Shown piece after piece: positions 15,470 through 28,446 of a stretch of 64,000 bases of DNA. The stretch spans positions 193,626,001-193,690,000 of the forward strand of contig OX597815.1 of NCBI GenBank assembly GCA_951406725.2, in the 5' to 3' direction. Below the pieces are notes generated by a model that was given only the letters and a program-made list of their open reading frames with translations, searched no databases and was not told where the DNA came from. A program made the position numbers and the translations under genes. Positions within the stretch are counted from its first letter, which is position 1. Each line of letters opens with the position of its first letter. The DNA comes from Octopus vulgaris. Its lineage: Eukaryota.

Positions 15470-18400
15470 TATTTCATGAAAATTGCCATGAAGGCATTAC
15501 AAAGAGTGGACGAACAAAGACAGACAAACATAAAAAGGTGTAGTAGCTGCTATAACGTTTAAAAATTTATGATGATGAATACAATTTAAAAATTACAGCT
15601 TACAATTTATAATTTACTAGCAGTATTGCCCGGCTCGTGCGCTCGTGCGTTCTATGCACGCGCGAATTAAGCTAAACTTGGATGAAGTTCAATCAAAATT
15701 CAATTATTTTGGTTTTAAAATCAAGCATTTAATGCCCTCTATTTTTGGGCTTATGTGTTCCATTTCCTCAATAGGAAGTACGTAGAAGCGTTTCATAAAT
15801 TTTTGTTGATCAAATAATTGCATTGTTGAATTATTCTTTTAGATCAGTGTTTCTCAAATGGGATTTCAGGGGAGAGTTTCAGGGAGTCGCTGGCGATGTA
15901 TCGTGATGATAAAAAATCCGGCCTGCTAAAATTTGGTTAAAGTGATTCAAACTGCAGACTCAACGCAAAATGGTCACATTTAATTCAAAGCGTTAAAAAT
16001 GTTATGAAAACAATTGGTATGTGTTCACAAAGTCCAAACGATTAATACCAAAAAACCCTCCAGGCTACATCCCGAAAATTCATTTCTTTGCCGAATTTCT
16101 ACAATGTTTACGGCGATTCGTTTTTATATCTTGATTTTTTATTTTTCATACAATTCACGCATGCTTGTACGCATGCTGAACACAGTTCACGTCAAACAGC
16201 TGACTGAGTAAAGTTCACTATTCAATGCATGGGATAAAGCCTAAACAAACACATTATCGAATTTTGCACTTGCGAGATGAATTTCGGAACAGAAATAGCG
16301 CAGTTCAATTTTCATTCGCCTAAACTTTAAGTGACCCATTTTTGGTGGTTCTACGATTTGTTGGCTAGGAGGAGATGTGCCGGGAAGTTAAACACACAGA
16401 CACACACACAGACACACAAGTTGAGTTTTATATATATAGATAATTTACACTTTACAAATTACACATTACTATTTACTGATTACATTATAACATGTTACTT
16501 ATTGCGATTTACAATGACTACCCCGAAGGAAAGGCATCCGACCACCAGGGTAGAACCCTTGCTCTCTCTTTCCTTTTCTTTTCTGGATTCCACTTACCTG
16601 GTGCCAATCGCTCCCAGCTTCCTTGCCACAGGCTTCCATCTTTTCATGAATCTATCTCGTGACAGGTACCTCTTCTCCAGCTTGATCTTACTACTGAGGT
16701 GGCAACTAAAAAAGTTAACCAACTCCTGGCCGGATACAGAGGTACCCGTCACTATGCCTTTCACACGCGTCTTCCATACTGTTTCTTTCAGTATGGCCAC
16801 TACGCAGAAAAAGCAAGCCTTCCTTTCCCTGTTAAGGGAAGGAGGCGGCACAATCTCGATGATAGACTCAGCTGATAGCTGTACTTTTTCCATCGATGGC
16901 AACAGTTGTTCTGTGAAAACTATCAGTCCCGTTAATTCCGGACATTCCACAAATGCGTGCAAGACGGTTTCCCTGTCCCGCTCGCACCTCGGATATGTCG
17001 GCGAGACGGCACTTCCGTGCCTTGACAGCTTATCACGAACAGGTAACGCCGCACGAAAGCACTGCTGAGCCAGGGATGACCCAGATACCCCGACTCGAAA
17101 GCTCTCCTGAACTGGTTGGTCAACTGATTTTCATCCCAAAGCGTCTTCGGACATAAATTCCACTAACCCGCTATAAAATTCCGCGGTGGAACTCCTATTG
17201 CCGGCATTGCCTGCCCGAGAGAGTAGCTGAAGTGTGTGACGGCACTCCAATTGCCAGTCCCCCAGCCTAGGTCTCTCTGCTTGATCCATTTACCAATGTC
17301 CGTTAAGGACGTTTACTGCGAAGGGTAGAACTGGGCGTGCAGTGACCACACCTGCTCTCCATCCAGGTAAAGCCAGAGGTGCCTGAACCTTAACGCGAGT
17401 TTTCGCATCCTCAGCCAAGGCATCCCTAGCCCACCCTTTACCGTTTTCTGGTAGCAGACAGAACGCTTCACAAGTGGCTTTCCTCCTTTCCACAAAAAGC
17501 GGAAAAGGATTCTCTCCAGCTTGTTCAGTCACAAATCGGAGTAAGGTACCACGGTGAGACGGTAGGTGATAATTGACGCTATAAACATCCGCCTTTCCTA
17601 GCAAGGATAACGCCCGCCCAGACCAGGTCTGGGTTAGAGCAGTCAAATTGCTGGTTACCTCACTCCAATTTTTCTCTATCTGGAGGCCTGGCCCAAACCA
17701 GACTCCAAGCAGCTTAACAGGACCTTTCGTCCAACGCCCCACGATGTTATCGGACAGCATTGGAATGCCCCTCCAGGTGCCGAGTTGCAAACCGGCCACC
17801 GCCTCGTAACTTTTGATGGCCTTCATCCGCCACGATGATGGAGATGTCATCCGCATACACCGTAGCTCCTCTTCCACACCGTAGATCATGCGGTGCGCTC
17901 CCTAGTGCCTCCAGTTTCCGCAGTCATGGCTCGAGAGCCAACACATACAAAAGCGGAGACAGGGGACACTCCTGACGCACTGAGCACTCGATCCTGAATG
18001 GCTTCGAAAGGAAACCATTCACTTTTATTACAGACTCGATGTCACTGTACAACACAGCAATCCAACCGTGGAAGGTCGGGCCCAGGCCAGCCTTCTCGAG
18101 GACCGCTGCCAAGTACCGATGGTCGGGCCCAGGCCAGCCTTCTCGAGGACCGCTGCCAAGTACCGATGGTCGACCCTATCAAATGCCTTAAACTGGTCTA
18201 AATGTACCTGCGCCAGAAAGCTTCCCCATCCTCTCTAAGAAGTAGCGTATAATGTGGAAATTGTTATGGATCGTCCCGCCCGGGATAGCGCACGTTTGCA
18301 CTTCCCCTACAAGTCTGTCCTCGACCCGCGCCAAGCTTTTTGCTAGCACCTTGACCAAAATCTTTAACTCTGTGTTCAGCAGAGTTATGGGCCTGAAATT

Positions 18401-19711
18401 CCCTATTTCATCCCCAATGCTTGGGTCCTTCTTGATCAACGTCACCACACACCGGCTCGCAGACTTGGGGATTCTCCCATTCTGCTGCCAATTGGCGTAG
18501 ACGCTGGCCAGCAGGTGACCGAACAAGTCTGGCATACTTTTGTAAAATTCATAAGGCAGACCATCGAGAACCGGCGACTTCTCCTCGGGGCATTCGCCCA
18601 GTACCTTGATCACCTCCTCGGCTGTGATTGGTCCTTCACAGCACTCAGCCTCTCGTGCCGTGAGACGCGGTCCGCCAGACAGGAAGTCCCTAAGGGCCTC
18701 ACCATGATCCAGCGTCCCGCCCCTCTCAAACAACTCGGCAAAGTGCTTGTGAAGTGCCTCACACATCTCGTCCCATCCATCGACCGAAAACCCATTGTCA
18801 TCCACGAGAGACCTAATTGTGGCATCATTGTGGGTTTCTACCGTACGGGCCCATCCGACAATATTAAGTCTCTCACGGCCCAATACGCGCACTTTAACCC
18901 GAACTCTGCACCCCTCATGTTTGGCTTTGAGGTGACGGTCCAACTGTCCTTCTTTTCAATTTTTCGACACTGGGTGAGGGTGATATCTTTATATTACCAC
19001 CCTCCTCTTTCATTCTTTCAAAAAGCTCGGGGAGCTTTTCCGTTTGTAATACTACGTTTTCAGTTACCACCGCGGCAACTACTGCAAATTTCTTAACTAA
19101 CTCATCCAGTGAACTTTTCGGGAATTATTTCGTCCGACATATTCGTTCGAAATAAATTTTACACACAATATTAAATCCCCAAAAACGGGAAACCTATAAT
19201 GCATTTTTATACTTTTTTTTTCCACTCAACGAGGATAGCAGTTCAAATCCCATCTCTACAGGGGTGCGAGGCGCAACAACAAAGCCTACAACGGCCTCTC
19301 AACGATGGGGGGGAGGTGCAACAATAAAGCTGACAACGGCCGAAATCAATTTTTCACACAACAATAAATCCCCAAAACTGAGAAACCTATAATATTTTTT
19401 TCGTTTTAATGAGGATAACAGTTCAAATCCCACCCCCGCTGGGTGTGGAGCACGACAATAAGGCCTACAACGGCTTTAACAAGTTCAATATTTCAACAAT
19501 TCACAACTGCCAAAATGGCTTTACACAAACAAATTCAGTCTCTCGTCACCGGGAAAAAGCACAAAAATTTTCAAATTCAACAATTCAAAAGATGTTCAAC
19601 AGTTCGACAATGTTCAACAATAAACAGTCAACAATTCCAACAGAAAAAACAAGCCAAAGCTCAACAAAACGTTCGACTCACCGCCAAAAAGACACGTCTA
19701 ACAACGAGACC
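15470..19711 (-). mobile_element. Tx1/L1-clade non-LTR retrotransposon with internal deletion (ORF1/endonuclease not seen), decayed RT and C-terminal domain, 16-bp target repeat
   Basis: KSPVLDGLPYEFY, NFRPITLLNTELKIL, SVRQECPLSPLLYVLALEP, KGGLGMP, HAFVECP; bounded by GGTAAGCAAGCTACTT at 15454-15469 and 19712-19727. Confidence 0.85.
15617..16440 (-). mobile_element. Non-autonomous Helitron inserted in the Tx1 3' UTR
   Basis: Minus strand starts TCTATATATATAAAACTC..(GTCTGTGT)n and ends GCCGGGCAATACTGCTAG; sits between A and T. Confidence 0.8.
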
Positions 19712-19727
19712 GGTAAGCAAGCTACTT

Positions 19728-20415
19728 TATTTCATTTCGTTTACCATAAAGGCAGTACACGAGGCTCCGGCAGGGGATGGTGGTGATCCCTGCTTTACTC
19801 TTTCACCACAACTTTCTCTCACTCTTACTTCCTGTTTCTGTTGTACTTGTATTTCAAAGGGCCGGCCTTGTCACTCTCTGTGTCACGCTGAATATTCCCG
19901 AGAACTACGTTAAGGGTACACGTGTCTGTGGAGTGCTCAGCCACTTACACGTTAATTTCACGAGCAGGCTGTTCCGTTGATCGGATCAACCGGAACCCTC
20001 GTCGTCGTAACCGACGGAGTGCTTCCATTCCAGTACAAAGATGGGTAGCTTTGCGAGTTGGACAAGATATTGATGAGGCGAATGATAATAATACAGGATG
20101 ATAAGGATGGGAGAAAACAGAAAGCGCCCGCCGACCCTCTGCTTCACTATAACATTGTTCTTTTTGAAAGACACATCTTGAGGTAATTACCCTCTCACAA
20201 TTTACAATATCTTACAATTTTTTGGACTAAGAAGTCCATTACAATTTAAAGCATAAGACACATATTGAGGCGATGAACCTCTTACCTCAAGTCCCCGATT
20301 AATTCTCTTGCGACCTGCAGGCATCACTGCATCCGCAAGTCGGGGTACCAAGAAAGTAATCTATAATCCTCCCTTGGGAAGGAGCCTGTGGTGTGAAATA
20401 AATCCTCTTTTTCCA
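19728..20415 (-). mobile_element. Second, 5'-truncated Tx1-like copy, interrupted by a SINE-D
   Basis: Its 3' end GCCTTTATGGTAAACGAAATGAAATAA parallels GCCTTCATGGCAATTTTCATGAAATAA of the first copy; C-terminal VARELIGDLR* resembles VARKLGAIGTR*. Confidence 0.65.
19760..20030 (+). mobile_element. SINE-D, 5'-truncated, with 7-bp TSD CAGTACA
   Basis: Body CGAGGCTCCGGCAGGGG.. and tail CGTCGTAACCGACGGAGTGC; CAGTACA at 19753-19759 and 20031-20037. Confidence 0.8.
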
Positions 20416-20646
20416 GTAGCAGAGCTACTTACCACACAGCCACTCCTGCACCAAATTCAATTCATGACACCATTAAGCAATGTAAACTTTTCATTCGTCA
20501 TCGAAGCTTTTGATTTGTGCCCCGCTCAGCTTCAATGCACAAATACACTGTAGATGTTGAAATTCACACGAAGAAACCGGATCTTTCTCTATTGACAAGA
20601 AATCTTGTAATAAGACTGAATAAGGATACACACACACACACACACT

Positions 20647-20712
<66 letters not shown>

Positions 20713-20949
20713 CTAATACATCTGTTTGGTTTGTACACCACCTGTCTTCGTCTTTTGTTTTTTTCGTAAACTCTCCCTATATATACATACATGTGTGTGT
20801 GTGTGTGTGTGTACAAGAAGGTCCTGAAGAGTACTAGGCGTTAAGGGTGTCGCGAAAGCCTGGCTGTAGTCAATCCAAGATAATGACGGCAGTCAATCCA
20901 AAATAATGGACTGTAGTCATTCCTTGATAATGACCAAACTGTCTACCCT

Positions 20950-21350
20950 TATCCGCCAGTTCCAACAAGGTTGAACAAAAAAGGAGATTACTTGACTAGA
21001 TTTGACTGCAAAACCAGTGACTTCTACGGACTTCCCAAAATTCACAAAAGTGAGGCCATAAACGAAGCCGGTAACAAGTCAACCTCTATAGTCATAAATA
21101 TTCCACACCCGAGATATTTCAAAATGAGACCAATTGTGTCCGGTCCCTCGTATGAGATACACAGACTCAATAACTTTATTGATGTCCTCCTTAAACCTAT
21201 CCTCCATCATATACCTAGCTTTATACGGGGTGGCCTGAACTTTTTAAACCAGAAAGTACTCCCTCCTGGTTTCATTCGATGTGATAAACCTCTACACCTC
21301 GACTCCTCGCGAATACGGAATAATAACCATACAATACCGACTGGAAAAAT
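20950..21350 (+). mobile_element. Penelope-like RT fragment
   Basis: FYGLPKIHK, MRPIVSGPS, HIPSFIR and, after a frameshift, LVSFDVINLYT. Confidence 0.8.
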
Positions 21351-21590
21351 ACTCACACGCACACACACAAAGACAGCGCACACCTTTTAAGAGCCGAACT
21401 TGTTTATTTATCAAGGTAGTTGATTTTCAGGCTGTCATTTGAGGTTGTATTTCGGTCAATAACTATCATTTGCTTTATGGTGAGTGTACGTGACTATCAC
21501 AAAAACAGGTCAAAAACGAATTACAAAAATATATACTATTTAAACATCCACCCTAATATCGATACGACGCAGTTGTTCTCGCTCTCCCCA

Positions 21591-21624
<34 letters not shown>

Positions 21625-21629
21625 ACTTC

Positions 21630-21680
<51 letters not shown>

Positions 21681-21684
<4 letters not shown>

Positions 21685-22034
21685 TGAGATAGGGGTTGTA
21701 AATGCAACCCTCCATGGGATAACATATATCCAATATACTGCTAGTGAAGTACCCAACAAAGTTAATACATAAATGTTAAGAATTGCGATGCAATTAATTC
21801 GTTTACTGTATTATATGGGCAAAGGTAAAATGTTTTACCACAAATTCATAATACAAAATAAGAAAATGGAGAAATACATCGAAATCAAATATCAATTACC
21901 AGATAATACTCAATCACATACTTTATTAAACCACCACATAAGAAACTAGTTTCTTATGTGGTGGTCTAATAAAGTATGTGATTGAGTATTATCTGGTAAT
22001 TGATATTTGATTTCGATGTATTTCTCCATTTTTT

Positions 22035-22038
<4 letters not shown>
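21681..22038 (-). repeat. (TA)n-flanked asymmetric fold-back element (arms ~21860-21947 / 21948-22038)
   Basis: Spacerless inverted repeat centred on GAAACTAGTTTC, with an extra unpaired segment on the left. Confidence 0.8.
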
Positions 22039-22085
<47 letters not shown>

Positions 22086-22089
<4 letters not shown>

Positions 22090-22223
22090 ATGCAATACGA
22101 GAGTATTGCTTTCCAGTAAAGAATAGCCCGTGAGGGAAAATTATACATAGAAGTAAATATATGGTACAACGAAGTACCGATATTTACTGGAAAATATCGG
22201 TACTTCGTTGTACCATATATTTA

Positions 22224-22226
<3 letters not shown>
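22086..22226 (-). repeat. (TA)n-flanked fold-back element (35-bp arms 22151-22185 / 22192-22226)
   Basis: AAGTAAATATATGGTACAACGAAGTACCGATATTT and its exact reverse complement. Confidence 0.85.
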
Positions 22227-22283
<57 letters not shown>

Positions 22284-22384
22284 TTATAAACAAGCGCAAA
22301 AGAAAAATTATTTCTATGCCAATGTGCTAAGAGCAGACTATAAGTTATAATAAATCTCTGAACGAGGACCTCACGCAACACACC

Positions 22385-23255
22385 CTTCTATTTGCCGACG
22401 ATATCAAACTGGTCGCCCCTCGCGGTAGTATAGAGGATCTTCGTCGATGCCTCCACCAAATTTGGAAGTGGTCTAACGATTGGGACCTATGTCTGAACGT
22501 GTCAAAGTGCTGTCATCTGCCTGTCGGCTCTACTCCTGCAACTCAACTTGATTTCGAGCCGGGTCGTCTGCTGCTGGAGAGGAACGATCAGGTAAAGGAC
22601 CTGGGTATCTTGGTGGATTCCTCCTTTTCGCCTTCGGCCCAGTGCGTCCATGCTGCCAACAAAGCAAGCGGAATTCTGTTTTTGATTCGACGGTCATTCG
22701 GAATGCTCACAGCAGCCATATTCCTGCCACTCTATGTCACGCTGGTGAGACCCATATTGGAGTATGGGATTCAAGCCTCTTCTCCTTATGTCCTCAAAGA
22801 CATACAGCATCTCGAAAGAGTCCAGAAGCTGGCTACCCGCATGGTTCATGGTCTCAAAAATTTGTCCTACGAAGAAAGGCTGAGGACGCTCGACCTTTAT
22901 TCTCTTGAAAAACGCCGCCGCCGTGGTGATCTCATTCTCGCCCACAACATCATAAGCGGGAAGTGTAACCTCTCGAAAGAGCTGTTCTTCACTCCTGCCC
23001 CGGAGCGTCGGCTGCGGGGTCATTCCGAAAAGCTCTACCTGCGACGATTTCATCTCAATCGAAGGAGAGGAGCTTTCTCCGTCCGGGTTGCGGATCCGTG
23101 GAACAAGCTGCCAGACGAGATGGTGAAGATGCCGACGACCGCTTTGTTCAAAGCCTCCCTGGACCTCAAGTGGCCTGAACTCTTTACATGAACACCACCC
23201 TGTACTTAACTCCATGTCCCCCTACATGGCCTTGCTATTTGCTTTTGAGCCAAAT

Positions 23256-23286
<31 letters not shown>

Positions 23287-23288
23287 AC
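22385..23288 (+). mobile_element. 5'-truncated CR1-like LINE with open C-terminal frame and (CTAA)n tail
   Basis: LLFADDIKL, VKDLGILVD, LVRPILEYG, LYSLEKRRRRGDLI, FSVRVADPWNKLP; stop at 23191; AACT tandem tail. Confidence 0.9.
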
Positions 23289-23312
23289 AGTAACTGCTCG
23301 ACAACGTACAGT

Positions 23313-23538
23313 ATACTAGCCATCTCAATATGGCTAACCACTAAGGGTGGGTGTTACTGTAGCTTTTAGCCCCATGACGATGATCTCCTGGGGCTAAACG
23401 CTACAGTAACACCCACTCTTAGTGGTTAGCCATATTGAGATGGCTAGTATAAGACTATAAGTTGTTTATAATTTAAACCTTTAAAGGTATTTTAATATGC
23501 TGCCACTTTTGATGAAATTTTTTTCTGACACAAATTAT
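23313..23538 (+). repeat. Fold-back element (arms ~23313-23375 / 23389-23450) with 3' tail, related to 33656-34075 and 61925-62250
   Basis: Near-perfect inverted repeat; shares the CTGGGGCTA(T)AA..CTACAGTA motif with those islands. Confidence 0.75.
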
Positions 23539-23645
23539 ATATATAGTTAATCCAAACAAGAAAACACAAAAAAAAACACAACAACGCGAAGACGTGGAAC
23601 AAATAAAGTATTATTGGACGCTCAGGAAAGAAGGGAAGAAGGAGG

Positions 23646-23680
23646 GTTTAACGTTTCGAGCGGAGCTCTTCGTCGGAAAC
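23646..23680 (-). ncRNA. Minimal type I hammerhead-like motif (U4C core)
   Basis: GTTT CCGACGA A GAGC TCC GCTC GAAA CG TT AAAC, with palindromic AACGTT stem III. Confidence 0.6.
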
Positions 23681-23756
23681 ACAGGAGAAGGAAAGATTCC
23701 GAGAAGGGAAGACAGAGGAAAAAAATCGCCAGCGGTATTCACGAGGTCACATATTG

Positions 23757-23815
<59 letters not shown>

Positions 23816-23867
23816 CATACATACATATATATATACATACATACATATATATATATACATATATATA

Positions 23868-23916
<49 letters not shown>

Positions 23917-24392
23917 ATAATATTAGGGAGTAAATCCAAACTTACAGGAAAAATTAGATTTAGGATTAAATCTAATTTTATAGTATAAGTATATATATAT
24001 TATATTAAATTAGAGATAAAACCACTATTAGGCAAATCAAACAGTGAAAATCATAAACCAATGCATAGAAATAAAATTAATTAATAAAAAAAAATATAAA
24101 ATATAAAATTCAAAAATTTAAAATATTTAAATTAAAGTTAAAATTTAAAAAATTATTATTTTATTTATTTATTTATTTATTTTTTTAAATATAACTATCA
24201 AAAAGTATTAAAAGTTTAATATAAGATAAATATGAGATATATATAAAGAAAACAAAAAATGGAACAACAACGTAACAGGCGACAACAAAACATCCGGACA
24301 GTAAGACGATACAAAAAGGAAAGGAAAAAAGCAAGGACGGGTCATTCGAAGCTTCCTATACCCAGTCGAGTTCCAGATCGTCTTTGCAGTTT

Positions 24393-24511
<119 letters not shown>

Positions 24512-25134
24512 ATATGCACACACACACATGCACGTGGACTATAACCTGCTATCGTGTATAATTCGGTATTGTCAATGCTTATCTTTTGCAATGTAACTGC
24601 AAGCCGACATAGATATCTTATTGTCCTTCCCACTAATTGACTCGGCAGAGCGTCCAAAGGTATAATAGGCGGAGGAAAGTGAACCCTCCATTTGCACCTG
24701 ACGGCCGTTTTATTTATCGGCCGGAAAAGGATGAAAGGTAAAGTTGACCTCGGCAGAAATTGAACACCAGGAACTTGTGAGTGGAAAAAACACGGCTAGA
24801 TAAGCCGTTCGACGTTCTGACCTCTCTGTAATGCTCACGTTTATATGTACATAGACATTGGTATATTGGAGCTGCTTCACATCGATCAGAGAGAAATGGA
24901 TGTTGTGCTATTTTCGTTAATAACATCAGGCGGTAATCTTTTGATAAGCCCCGAAGAGATATCTACTTGGAGGAGTTATTTTATCAGTTATTTCAGAGTC
25001 AGATTACTCGTACGAACAATTCTACTTAGCTATAATTGCTTAATTGTTCAATGTGTTATTAAATTAAGTTGTTAAGGTTTATTGGCCATGTACAGAGTAA
25101 AAAAAATGTGCATAGGCGTTTATATGTATATTTG

Positions 25135-25186
<52 letters not shown>

Positions 25187-25324
25187 TACAAAATTACATA
25201 TGCATGTGTGCGTATGTATGTGTGTGTGTATGTGTGTGTCTGTCCGAGGCTCAGTCTAGAAGTTTTGAAACTTTTCTTAGGAGTATGATTGATAACTGTC
25301 CTAGTTTATAGTAATTTTAGTACA

Positions 25325-25635
25325 TTTTTCCTTGCGTGCGTAGCGAAAGCTGTGTACTGCAGTCCCTCGTCTTGGTTTGTTTGTCTGTGTGTTTGCAAAA
25401 TTACTGGTAAACAATTGAACGGATTTTCACCAAATTTGGCAGAAACACTCAGTGAGTGAATAGCTTGAACTCATTAAATTTTGGTTTGGTAAATCAAGAT
25501 GTTTCGTTTTTTTATATTTTTTCTTTGTTATATATGCATAAACGATAAGCAGGAGAAATAACTCTTGATATTTTATTTTGTCCTTGTGTGCGTGCAGGGT
25601 GTACCTCGCCTCGCCCCTCCCATGCCCCCCTTTTT
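25325..25635 (+). mobile_element. Possible Helentron-associated non-autonomous element
   Basis: T-run start, CCTTGCGTGCG / CGTGCAGGG sub-terminal inverted match, GTTTGTCTGT microsatellite, GGATTTTCACCAAATTTGG core. Confidence 0.35.
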
Positions 25636-25656
25636 TTCATTTATTATATCATTGTT

Positions 25657-26086
25657 AGCAGGAGTACTTGTGTGGTAAGAAGCTTGTTTACCAACCACAT
25701 AGTTCCGGGTTCAATCCTACTGCGTGGCACTTTGGGAAAGTGTCTTCTACTAAAGCATCGGGCCGGCCAAAGCCTTGTGAGTAGATTTGGTAGATGGAAA
25801 CTGAAAGAAGCCCGTCGTATATATGCATATATATATATGTGTGTGTGTGTGGTGTGTGTGTGTGTGTATGTGTGTGTGTCTGTGTTTGTTTCCCCACCAT
25901 TGCTTGACAACTGATGGGGTGGGGTATTTACGTCCTCGTAACTTAGCGGTTCAGCAAAAGAGAGACCGATAGAATAAGTACTAGGCTTACAAAGAATAAG
26001 CCCTGGGGTCGATTTGCTCGACTGAAGGCGGTGCTCCAGCATGGCCGCAGTCAAATGACTGTAACAAGTAAGCAAAGTAAAAGAGT
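25657..26086 (+). mobile_element. SINE family A, full length
   Basis: Family-A head, body and tail. Confidence 0.85.
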
Positions 26087-26179
26087 ATACATTAGCAGAC
26101 GTGTCAATTTTTATTCCAGATTGCAGGAGATGGCTGTGGCAGCACTTTGAACGCACTCTTCTAAATATGTTTATTACAG

Positions 26180-27278
26180 CTGACAGGTAAGCAGAAAGAA
26201 GTCGGGACGTAAAGACAATTTTGGAGCTCGCTATACAATAAAGTTTTGGCCCAAAACACTACCGAAACATGTGAAATGCTTCAGACTACTTATGGATTAA
26301 CTTGTATGAGCTGAGCATTTGTTTTCCGCCGGTGCAAGAGGTTCATGGATGGTAGAGAGGAAGTGAGAGGCGATGAAAGGTATAGGAGGGAGTGGGTCAT
26401 TCAGAACATAAGAGATGGTTGAGAAAATTCACAATTTTCTAAATGGAGATTGTCATGTATCTATAAAACATACAGTTCGGAGTTAGTGTGTCTACTGTAC
26501 ACAGAATTATTCATGAAGATCTGAACAAGCACACAATTTGTGCAGAGTTTGTTCTCTGGGGGCTCAGTGACGAAAGGAAGACGCGTTGGAGATGGTAGGG
26601 AGATGGTTGAGTTTATTACCCCTAGTCCGAGAGTACTTGAGTCTCTGGAGACGAAAACTGGATCTACTGTTTTGATCCAGAGACCAAGAGGCCGAAGGCC
26701 CGTCGGAACCATCCTGTCTCCCCAGATCCAAGAAGGCCAGGCAAAGCAAGTCCACAGAGAAGATCATGATGATCGCCTTATTTCAGAGCAAGGACAGCGT
26801 CCCCTTTGGCCAGACGACTACCAAGAGTATTTCTTGGGAGTTTTGAACGGGTTCAGGAAGAGATTTTGTCGCAGAATGCCGGAGCTCCTAATGTATATGC
26901 CTTCTGCACCAACAACTCTGACATGCACCAGTTTACAATTCCCTCCTGGTAACAAGCTACTTGACAGAGATGGGCCTCAAAACTGTCCTTCACACGCCCT
27001 ACAGTTCAAACCTTGCACTCTGTGACGTTTGGTTGTTCCCTAAGCTGAAGGAGACCCTAAAGGGCAGACGTTTTGAAGGCATTGAGAAGATGTGACAAAG
27101 GGACTAGACACCTTCACTTTGGGGGACTTGTGTGGGGCCTTCACGGAATGACTGGAGCGCTACAGGTGAACTGAAGACAGAAGATATTATTTTGAAGAGA
27201 TTAACATGTTATACTTGTTTGAAATTAATAAATGTCTCCCCTGAAAAATCTAGAGCCTTCTGGAAAGCACTTTGCGCA
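26180..27278 (+). mobile_element. Decayed mariner transposon
   Basis: Frameshifted motifs ETCEMLQTTYG, KRFMDGREEV, GDENWIYCFDPETKR, KKARQSKS..KIMMI, CDVWLFPKLKETLKGRRF. Confidence 0.85.
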
Positions 27279-27308
27279 TATGAGAATGATTGTGTGCATT
27301 TATATATG

Positions 27309-27349
<41 letters not shown>

Positions 27350-27359
27350 ATATCCATGT

Positions 27360-27655
27360 GGAGGCGCAATGGCCAAGTGGTTAGGGCAGCGGACTCGTGG
27401 TCGGAGGATCGCGGTTTCGATTCTCAGACCGGGCGTTGTGTGTGTTTATTGAGCGAAAACACCTAAAAGCTCCACGATGCTCCGGCAGGGTGTGGTGGCT
27501 ACCCCTGTTGTACGCTTTCGCCACAACTTTCTCTCTTTTCCTGTTTCTTGAGTAGCGCTACGATGGACTGGCGTCCCGTCCAGCTGGGAGGAACACATAC
27601 ACCACAGAAACCGGGAAACCGGGCCCATGAACCTAGCTAGGCTTGAAAAGGGCGA
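27360..27655 (+). mobile_element. SINE-D, full length, V-domain-like tail
   Basis: GGCGCAATGGCCAAGTGGTTAGGGC..GTTTCGATTC head; GATGGACTGGCGTCCCGTCCAG tail. Confidence 0.8.
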
Positions 27656-27665
27656 CGTTTATCGT

Positions 27666-27747
<82 letters not shown>

Positions 27748-28446
27748 TATCCATGCGTGTAATTGTGTATTTGTATATATATCACCTACTCAAAATTACG
27801 CCGCTTTACTTCTGTCCCTATACCACCACTCCTTTTATCACTCGCAGTATATTAAATAGCCATTGTATTCATATAACTATTTGTTTTTGTTTAATGCTAC
27901 GAGAGATTAAAACTTCCTTTCTGGGGACTATAATTTGGTATTATTTGAGTCATCGACTAGAACTTATTTATGAGACTGTTACAAATGGATTCATTAATGT
28001 CACCAGTCTGATAAAAGTGTCAGTTTCATATATTTTCAGAAGAGCATTGTATTGAAATAATATAATTAAACCGTGTCATTTGACTCAGAATAGGTTTACT
28101 GAAGAATCAAATCTACTAAGACAGTATGCTGTTGTTTATTCATCTATTCATTAGTTTCCTCAACTCTAAACAGGTTTTCTGGTGTGAAATACAGATTGAA
28201 AGCAAAGCTTCACTTACCTAATGTACGAACTATTATGAAAAGCACGACAAGAAGAATGGATATGTTTCATAAAGGCTGACAAAAATCCATAGGCGTAGAA
28301 TAAATTTGTTTATATAATAGGAAAACCGGAGGATTAGCATGAATTAATGAGTCTAGTAGTACAAAATGATCCTATTAAATGCGTGAAGTTTGATGGAAAC
28401 GAAAAGTGTAAATCATTCGCTCAATGAGAAAACTTCATTGATAAAA

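Noticed and set aside
18074-18167. Perfect 47-bp tandem duplication in the Tx1 RT
   Set aside because: An ordinary microhomology (GGTCG) duplication that frameshifts a dead copy.
20860-20940. CRISPR-like repeats (GTAGTCAATCCAAGATAATG, three copies)
   Set aside because: ~23-bp tandem units with no spacers, no cas genes and a eukaryotic context; a minisatellite.
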